Assembly: GCA_964480775.1 (NCBI GenBank)
Contig: CAYZRF010000006.1
Span: 1 to 32,000 of the forward strand
Origin: an uncultured Nitrososphaerota archaeon
Lineage (GTDB): Archaea; Korarchaeota; Korarchaeia; Korarchaeales; Korarchaeaceae
DNA length: 32,000 nt
Reading direction: 5' to 3'
Within the stretch, counting starts at the first letter, position 1. Each line of letters begins with the position of its first letter. A program made the translations under genes and the position numbers. The notes beneath the pieces are model-generated. The model had not been told where the DNA came from, did no database searches, and worked only from the letters and a program-made list of their open reading frames with translations. This document shows, piece after piece, positions 25,658 to 31,675 of this stretch.

Positions 25658-27070
25658 TTATCTAACTCCCTCCCTTCTTTGGATTCTGAGATATGCAAGA
25701 GGATTCTTTAGGCCGCAATCAGCCACGCATAAGCCTAACTCCTTCATTCTCTCGCAGGAATGAGGCAAATAGCCCTTTTCGCTTATCTGCTTGATTTGGT
25801 AAGCCGTTATCTTCTCCACGAACCTTGGATCGTTTCTAAAGAGGTCTATGAGCTGCTCTTCGGTCCATCCAGCCTTTTTCAGGTAAGCAACTAACGTAAA
25901 GCGAGCCGTATGAGGAAGGTGCTCTCCACTTTTCGCTCTCTCTATCAGCTTTTTCATGCAAGGAGGCGTTTGTATGGGGCCTTTCGGGATGAATCTCCTT
26001 ACTTTTACCTTCTTGTCTCCCTTTGACTTTACAAATTCCGCAATTTTGAGAAGATCAAGAAAGCTTCTCGCAGAGACAGGATCAAGAGTTCCCCAATAGC
26101 TAACAAACGGTAAAAGATGGCTCTGAGGATCCACTCTCTTAGCTCTCTCTCTGTTAAGCCTGAGTGGCTTCCAAAAGCTGAAATAGATCGATATAAGACC
26201 CTTAGGATGAGGAGAGAACAGAGCCCTTATTGTTCCCCTTTTTCGATAGAGCTGCTTATCGAACACGACAGGAAAGCCCTTCCAAGCCAGCCAATCCTCT
26301 AAATACTCAACTAAGGCTCTGTATTTCGATTGAATCTTCAGATTGAAGCTAAGATATTCTTCCAGATCCATTTCATAGATGAGTTCAGTAATGTCGAGAA
26401 GACCGTGGATTCCATTCCCTGAGATCTTCCAGAGAAGCTCTATTCCGTGCTTCCTTAGTTCTGAGTCTAGAATGGCAAGGGCCCTAACATCCCTCTGCGG
26501 ATCATATTCTTTCTGTGCGTTGAAATCAAGATCGAGGACAAAATCTGTGAATAAGGCATAGAATTGACCATTAAAAGCCTCTGGATGGCTCTTCTTCAAG
26601 TCTTCAACCGTAATAAGCAAGCTTGATGATTCTAAGAGATCCTTTAGGAGAGGGACGTAAATGTAACGTTGCTGGGAGACATGAAGGCATGGAGGACTGA
26701 AGCGGTCCACGTTCTCTATAACGAATCTCTTGAAGTGCTCCTTTTCTGTGAATATGTGCCACTTCGTGAAGCCCTGCTCCTTGTTACCCATTGAAACCTC
26801 TCTATAAGTGACGTAGGTCTTCCTGTTGTAGCGGAAAAAGCGCTGAACTTGGAGCCAATAAAGATCGATGCGGTTCTTGACGAAAGCTCGAAGTTTAATA
26901 GGATCCGCTTCACTATGATCGGTTTGGTTTGTTTGGTAGTTTGGTCGTTTTGGTAATTTGGTAATGTTTGAAGACAGACCTTTATTCTCAGAACATAGTG
27001 TGTCTTTGATTGTTACCAAATTACCAAATTCACCAAATGACCAAAGCGCTTCGTTAGTCCTTGGTTTCAT
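25658..27070 (-). CDS. Archaeo-eukaryotic primase (PriS-like AEP domain) fused to a PriL-type C-terminal Fe-S domain
   Basis: AEP motif I FVLDLDF. Motif II LWKISGNGIHGL. Motif III VVFDKQLYRKRGTIRALFSPHPKG. C-terminal PPCMKKLIERAKSGEHLPHTARFTLVAYLKKAGWTEEQLIDLF matches the PriL/p58 pattern (PxCMxxL...HLxHxxR...LKxxGxxxEQ). Further Cys residues: LPHSCERMKELGLCVADC. The first ~70 codons are low-complexity and coincide with the DNA repeats. Confidence 0.8.
   Translation of the reverse strand: MKPRTNEALWSFGEFGNLVTIKDTLCSENKGLSSNITKLPKRPNYQTNQTDHSEADPIKLRAFVKNRIDLYWLQVQRFFRYNRKTYVTYREVSMGNKEQGFTKWHIFTEKEHFKRFVIENVDRFSPPCLHVSQQRYIYVPLLKDLLESSSLLITVEDLKKSHPEAFNGQFYALFTDFVLDLDFNAQKEYDPQRDVRALAILDSELRKHGIELLWKISGNGIHGLLDITELIYEMDLEEYLSFNLKIQSKYRALVEYLEDWLAWKGFPVVFDKQLYRKRGTIRALFSPHPKGLISIYFSFWKPLRLNRERAKRVDPQSHLLPFVSYWGTLDPVSARSFLDLLKIAEFVKSKGDKKVKVRRFIPKGPIQTPPCMKKLIERAKSGEHLPHTARFTLVAYLKKAGWTEEQLIDLFRNDPRFVEKITAYQIKQISEKGYLPHSCERMKELGLCVADCGLKNPLAYLRIQRREGVR
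26923..27045. repeat. Iteron-like inverted-repeat array (candidate replication origin or Rep-binding site)
   Basis: Five TTTGGT units start at 26923, 26932, 26940, 26949 and 26957. They face four ACCAAA units at 27015, 27023, 27032 and 27040, with 8-9 nt periodicity. Perfect 16-bp inverted repeat: TTTGGTAATTTGGTAA (26949-26964) with TTACCAAATTACCAAA (27013-27028), 48-nt spacer. The spacer holds a nested AAGACA/TGTCTT palindrome (26971-76/27001-06). Confidence 0.75.
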
Positions 27071-29148
27071 GATTTTTCCCCTCCCTGTTCTGCTCCTCCT
27101 TCAATCAGCTTGATCTGATCTCTTTCTCTTGGTAGATCCGTTGAGAGCCTTCCTATCGGTTCAATGTGCTCGCAAGGTTGGGGATCGAGTATTCTAACGT
27201 AGATATCATCATCGTTCTTCTCAAGCTCTATTTTGAGCAGATCTCTAAGCTTCAAATTCAGATTTTCGAGATTCTTTCTTCTTCTTAGAAGACTGATGCA
27301 CTCAGAGAGGTAGTTGTATTCTTGAGGAACATAGGGTATCTCGGCAAGCCGTACCCGATCTCCATCCTCGACGTTTGGAAGGATCTCCCTCCTATAAAGC
27401 TCAATTGCTGAGATTATCTCTCTCAAATAAGCAGGCATCCTCTTGAAGAGTCTCTCGATCCTAAGGCCTATCTCTTCCTCATAGGACCTTGTTATTGCTT
27501 CAATCGAGTCCAAGTTGAGGTCCACAAACTCAGGGAGAAGCTCCTCAGCCTCTTTAAGGATCTCATCTATGGAATACTCTTTGAGGGCTATCCTATCCAA
27601 ATTTTCAACTATTGCAACATTAAGAGCAGCTCCTCTTATTCTGCGCTGTGCTCCCCTCCCATGCTCCCATAAGAAGGCTTTAACTTCCTCATCCTCTATT
27701 GAAGCTATTTTTTCCTCTATCTGATCTTCATATCCTTCAATAGGTTCTCCGAGCCACTTCTCAACTTTCTTGTCATAGTAGATCTTCCTTATCTCTGGAA
27801 GAGCATACTCCTCGACAGCTCTGAAGAACGAGACGGCTTCTCTCCATTCTTCCTCGACGTTTAGAGTTTCAGCCTCAACCCTTTGAAAGTCCTTTCCATA
27901 GACGATTAGGCCAAATCGCCTTCCCATGGCTGGGTTCTTGCTCATAGCCTTGATTATGGACCCAAAAGCCGTGGCTGGATCCTTTGATTCTCCTATCGGA
28001 TTTCCAAGTATCGCCCAAGGAGACCTTGACTTTACCAAAAACTCGGTTGCTGCCGTGGTTACCCTTCCCTCCCCTGTTTCAAGCACTTGGAACAAGAAGC
28101 GAAGGTTCTGCCTGAAGAACTGAGATTCCATCTGGTCGCAAGCTATGACAAGCTCGGAATGATGAATTATTCCAGGATAGACTTCGTCCGGACTCTTAGC
28201 ATAACCGAGGAAGGTGTTCGGACTGATTTTGTCGTATCTATGGCCTATCATCTCGTAAAGAAGAGACTTTCCAGTTCCTCCGTTTGTGAACTCCAAGGCG
28301 TGTGGATTATACTCAGGCCTTACTCCCCTGAGAAGATGGGCTTCCCAAACCAACTTGAGTCTTGAATCTTTCCTAGCTCTGAAAGAGAGGAGCCTATCGA
28401 CGAACGAAAGCCAGTCCATTTCTTTTAGAATGGAAGGGTCCTTAAGCTTGGGGATTGGTTTTAAAAGGAGCCTGGCCTCGGCTACTTCTTTTGCAAGGTC
28501 CAACTCTTCCTCTTTATCATTGCCATCCAGAAAGCCATGTTTACGCAGTAGTTTCTTTATCCTCCTTTTCTCGTTTTCAGGAAGGGCTTCTATGTATGGT
28601 CTAGCTTCCTCTGGATCAAGAACAACCTGTAAGGCCAAATCGTTCCTCCGGGGGCTTACAAAACCATCCGTATCCAGAACTAAGCGAGGAGCAAGGAAGA
28701 GGTCCTCCTTGATGCTCCAGAGCTTCCATAGGATTTCGACGCCGTAATAGAGACCTTTTTGATCGATTTTGGGAATAGTGTGGAAGAAGAAGGGAGAGAT
28801 GGATGCCACTCTAATGGGTTTGTTTACGGCATCCCTCCAATCTCCCCTCGGAATAGGATCCACAATTCTGGCGCCTATTTGTCTCAGAACTTCATTTAGA
28901 GACTTATCAATTTCCTCTAAGTCCAGCGAGGGAAGGAGGGAGTTATCGGCCTCTTTTATTAGCTTGAGAATCTCTTTTTTGAGTTCTCCCACCTTAACCT
29001 CGCTTTGTCTGGTGAATGGGCCCCATTCTCCATGCTTCCCCTTATACTCGAAGATTATGAAGTCTCCTTGCGCTCTGGATTCCTTTGTAAGAAGGAAAGA
29101 TTGCTTCTCGCTCATGAGCACCACCATCGCCCCATTAATTCTGTTCAT
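27067..29148 (-). CDS. Divergent MCM-like AAA+ ATPase (putative replicative helicase)
   Basis: Walker A FTNGGTGKSLL. Walker B-like LVIACDQME. VLETGEGRVTTAATEFLVKSRSPWAILGNPIG parallels the MCM region AMEQQTISIAKAGI..LNAR.SVLAAANP. NPAMGRRFGLIV parallels the arginine-finger region SRFDLIF. The stop overlaps the primase start (ATGA 27067-27070). In-frame ATGs at 29127 and 29115 are alternative starts. Confidence 0.55.
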   Translation of the reverse strand: MNRINGAMVVLMSEKQSFLLTKESRAQGDFIIFEYKGKHGEWGPFTRQSEVKVGELKKEILKLIKEADNSLLPSLDLEEIDKSLNEVLRQIGARIVDPIPRGDWRDAVNKPIRVASISPFFFHTIPKIDQKGLYYGVEILWKLWSIKEDLFLAPRLVLDTDGFVSPRRNDLALQVVLDPEEARPYIEALPENEKRRIKKLLRKHGFLDGNDKEEELDLAKEVAEARLLLKPIPKLKDPSILKEMDWLSFVDRLLSFRARKDSRLKLVWEAHLLRGVRPEYNPHALEFTNGGTGKSLLYEMIGHRYDKISPNTFLGYAKSPDEVYPGIIHHSELVIACDQMESQFFRQNLRFLFQVLETGEGRVTTAATEFLVKSRSPWAILGNPIGESKDPATAFGSIIKAMSKNPAMGRRFGLIVYGKDFQRVEAETLNVEEEWREAVSFFRAVEEYALPEIRKIYYDKKVEKWLGEPIEGYEDQIEEKIASIEDEEVKAFLWEHGRGAQRRIRGAALNVAIVENLDRIALKEYSIDEILKEAEELLPEFVDLNLDSIEAITRSYEEEIGLRIERLFKRMPAYLREIISAIELYRREILPNVEDGDRVRLAEIPYVPQEYNYLSECISLLRRRKNLENLNLKLRDLLKIELEKNDDDIYVRILDPQPCEHIEPIGRLSTDLPRERDQIKLIEGGAEQGGEKS

Positions 29149-29587
29149 CTGGCTCTACCTCTTTCAATGTGAACTCTCGCCCGCATTTTGGACAGAAAAG
29201 CCTTTCTGAGGCAAATTGCTGTTTAACTGGAACTGTGCAGACAGGGCAAAGTGGCACAAAGACATCCTCTTGATCTGTGAGTTCTCTGGCCTCCCTATCT
29301 ACTCTCCAAAGCTCTTCTTCATTATTTCTGTAAACAATTGAAGCAATCAGGAGAGCGAGGAGTTTATTCTGGACTCTAATTTCTTGAATTAGAGCTTCCA
29401 CAAAGGGAAGCGACCGCCCGCCCCCTTCTCGGGCGAAGCTTTTTTTACTTTCCAACGTTTTCATCCTTGGGAAGACCTCCCAGGCCTCCTGTGTGGGGAG
29501 GCTTTCTGGGGGTTGGGGGCTTTGCCCCCTCTTTTTTCTTGGATTTCTACAATGAGTTTTAGCAACTCCACCTTCCATTTTGGCCAT
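29135..29587 (-). CDS. Zinc-ribbon protein (first gene of the island operon)
   Basis: C-terminal CPVC-x15-CPKC zinc-ribbon (LCPVCTVPVKQQFASERLFCPKCGREF). The N-terminal 41 codons are R/K/P-rich and overlap GC-rich hairpins, so the real start may be Met42 (ATG at 29464). Confidence 0.5.
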   Translation of the reverse strand: MAKMEGGVAKTHCRNPRKKRGQSPQPPESLPTQEAWEVFPRMKTLESKKSFAREGGGRSLPFVEALIQEIRVQNKLLALLIASIVYRNNEEELWRVDREARELTDQEDVFVPLCPVCTVPVKQQFASERLFCPKCGREFTLKEVEPDEQN

Positions 29588-29617
29588 ATTTTCTCCAGAA
29601 CAGCCAGCTCCTCAGAA

Positions 29618-29818
29618 CTAAGGTGTTGGGACATTTTCGACTACCTCATGAATTTTTTCGAGATAACCAAGCTCCTGTAGTGTTCTGATAACGCAGAAAC
29701 GATAGAAGCCAGATCTGGATAAGCCAAGGTCTTTTCTTGCTTTTTCGGCCAATTCGAAGACCTTTCGTTTAAGATAAACTAACTCTCTTCGACTTTCCTC
29801 TTGAATGGCTTCAACCAT
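29618..29818 (-). CDS. Ribbon-helix-helix (CopG/Arc-like) DNA-binding protein
   Basis: 66 aa. Pattern ELVYLKRKVFELAEKARKDLGLSRSGFYRFCVIRTLQELG, that is a beta-strand followed by two helices. The palindromic operator lies immediately upstream. Confidence 0.6.
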   Translation of the reverse strand: MVEAIQEESRRELVYLKRKVFELAEKARKDLGLSRSGFYRFCVIRTLQELGYLEKIHEVVENVPTP

Positions 29819-29821
29819 TTA

Positions 29822-29902
29822 TTGATACCTCACTGAAATCGTGAGGTATTAGTGAAATATAAATATTGCATTGATGGTATTATATTGGATGTGAGGTATC
29901 AA
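29822..29902. promoter_or_regulatory. Bidirectional promoter with three copies of a 9-nt operator motif
   Basis: ATACCTCAC (29825-29833) and GTGAGGTAT (29841-29849) form a palindrome with a 7-nt spacer. A third GTGAGGTAT lies at 29891-29899. The 12-mers TTGATACCTCAC (29822-33) and GTGAGGTATCAA (29891-29902) are exact reverse complements. An AT-rich TATA-like AAATATAAATATT sits between them. Confidence 0.6.
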
Positions 29903-30651
29903 TGAGTAGTGAAAAGTCAAGAAGAAAGTCTAGATTGCTACTAAGACCTAGCGAACTCAAGATTCTTTGTTATATCCTTTGTCAGGGTCTTGCTTCGGGT
30001 TACGAGATTGGTAAGGCACTAAAAATGCCTGAATCGACAGTATATACGGCCTTAAAGTTTCTAGAAAGAAGAGGGTTTGTGACTTTTATTGAAGAGGAAA
30101 AAGCAGGACCATTAAAAAAGAAAATATATAGACTAACTCCAAAGGGTCTGCAAGAAGCTTTGAGTTATATACCTCGGGAAAAAGAGGTTTGGGATAACGA
30201 ACTCCTCCGAGAGCTGATTTCTCGTGAAAGTGGAGTTCCCTTTGAGTCCTTGAAGTTCAAAAAAGACCGACTCTTAGAAAATTGGGATGTAATAATGGGA
30301 ATCATTAGAAAAAAGTACAGAGAAATGTGTCCAATCATCTTTGATAATTGGGATCTAATCTCTAAACATCTTGATCTTAGTAGAGGCGAGTTCCTTGATA
30401 ACCTCTTCTACTCCTACAAAGACCCCAAAGAGCGAACGATTGCTTCCTTCCAAGAGTATTTCTTTGTTTCTTTAGTTATTAAGCCATCAGAAGAAGAAAA
30501 AACGAGAATTGAAAAATTCTTGAAGGAAGCTAGTGAGATAAAGCCTTTGAAAGACATCCTTACTATAGCATTTAAAGAATTAGAGGAGCGTGTAGAGAGG
30601 TCCTTAGAAGATATCAAAAAAATAAAGACCCGTCTTTCACAAAGCCCCTAA
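29902..30651 (+). CDS. PadR-like winged-helix transcription regulator with a long helical C-terminal extension
   Basis: N-terminal LKILCYILCQGLASGYEIGKALKMPESTVYTALKFLERRGFVTFIEEEKAGPLKKKIYRLTPKG matches the PadR wHTH pattern. 249 aa and AT-rich (21/60 G+C at 30061-30120). Confidence 0.65.
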   Translation: MSSEKSRRKSRLLLRPSELKILCYILCQGLASGYEIGKALKMPESTVYTALKFLERRGFVTFIEEEKAGPLKKKIYRLTPKGLQEALSYIPREKEVWDNELLRELISRESGVPFESLKFKKDRLLENWDVIMGIIRKKYREMCPIIFDNWDLISKHLDLSRGEFLDNLFYSYKDPKERTIASFQEYFFVSLVIKPSEEEKTRIEKFLKEASEIKPLKDILTIAFKELEERVERSLEDIKKIKTRLSQSP

Positions 30652-31675
30652 CCATTTTTTCGAATCAGAAGAGGATTCAAATCCTTACCAAGAGAATCCA
30701 CAGCATCGAAAGAAAAACACTCCAAAGGCGTTTTCGTGTTAGGACATGCCCCATGACCTATCTAACTTAGATAGGACCACTTCCCATAGCCCATGTTCCT
30801 TAAATATGACTTCCGAAGGTGCACTTGGTTTACTTTTTGCACCACTTTGTGAAGTTTGTATCCTTGAAGATACCATCTCAAGCCTTGATCTCGAACCTAA
30901 AAGAACAGATTTGAACCCTCTGAAGCTTGGATCTCTTAATGGCTTGTAACCATCCCACAAAAGGATAATAGGTTTTATCTGGCCTGCTTAATGCCCTCCC
31001 AAGCCTTAGAGGAGTGAGGAAGAAAGTCCGAGCACGACGGACATCGAGCCCTTCCCTCCCGGTCTATAAGCTGGGGTTCGATTACAAGGCCTAGGATCCG
31101 AGTTCATGCGACTTCCGATTGTGTACAAAGTACGCTACAATCATAACGATACCCACGAACCCCTGAGAACTACCCCAAATCTCGAACCTCCTTCGCCTTG
31201 CGGATCGTGTTGTAAACAGCCAAGTCCTAAACCCTCCCGGCTTCTCTTCACCTTTTCGCAAGAGGATCCAAGCCCTGTAAAAGGGGAAATAAGGGGAGGA
31301 TAAACGTCGCAGGGGATAGCCCTTATTTCCTAAACACCAAGTGTACTTTTTGCACCAAGTTCCATTTCTTTAAAATTTCGTAATAAGGGTACCCCAACCC
31401 CTATTTTCAACGGATGCTAGCGTCAGAGAGTTGTTCTTGTGCCAACCTTTCTGTGGTTTTTTCCAAAACCCCCGGGCCGCCGAGCGAAGATCTTCGAAAC
31501 AACCGACAAAATAGGGAAAAGAGAGAGGAGAGTGAAGAATAAAACCGCGGGAGGATGCCTCGATTTTTCTCCGATTTTCTCCAACCCCTCCTCATGTTTT
31601 CATAGAAAACTTTTAGAGAATAACCTATTTATTGGACGTGAAAATAAATATATAGAAGATTGGAAGGATGTGAAA

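Larger units (their letters stand above)
20976..31600. mobile_element. Putative integrated or defective plasmid/provirus-like replicon (boundaries approximate; right edge may be about 29.6 kb)
   Basis: Abrupt rise in G+C. Spot counts are 38/60 at 21061-21120 against 26/60 at 19381-19440. The region holds a tight 9-ORF minus-strand array encoding primase, an MCM-like ATPase, a GINS-like protein, RHH proteins and secreted proteins, plus iteron-like repeats and flanking small regulators. No integrase, att site or tRNA target was recognised. Confidence 0.55.

Noticed and set aside
28286-29209. Long plus-strand ORFs (28286..28747 and 28769..29209, also 28087..28365) antisense to the MCM-like gene
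   Set aside because: They lie wholly inside a longer minus-strand ORF that has recognisable ATPase motifs. Their translations are S/L/R-rich low-complexity sequence typical of antisense frames in a GC-richer gene. The same reasoning removes the other short track ORFs that lie antisense within recognisable genes across the window, for example 10561..11046, 11047..11394, 16511..16921, 18822..19148 and 22065..22886.
30739-30960. ORFs 30739..30960 (-) and 30746..30949 (+) as a split integrase fragment
   Set aside because: They are mutually antisense. The minus-strand ORF needs a TTG start. Neither shows R...H-x-x-R...Y recombinase motifs, and both have implausible compositions.
31016-31033. RNase P RNA CR-I-like motif (GAGGAAGAAAGTCCGAGC)
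   Set aside because: Only this short motif resembles GAGGAAAGUCCGGGC. I could not find the other conserved regions (CR-II to CR-V) or the P4 pairing partner, and the surrounding GC content is too low for a structured RNase P RNA.
30905-31090. tRNA-like T-loop fragments (GGTTCGATT at 31075-31083 on the + strand; GGTTCAAATC on the minus strand near 30911-30920) as possible att or tRNA remnants
   Set aside because: The flanking bases do not form T stems and no acceptor or anticodon arm can be drawn. They may still be decayed remnants, but the evidence is insufficient to call them.
30831-31357. 14-nt direct repeat TACTTTTTGCACCA (30831-30844 and 31344-31357) as att sites
   Set aside because: One or two exact 14-mers are expected by chance in 32 kb. 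In addition, the two copies lie about 500 nt apart on the same side of the island rather than flanking it.
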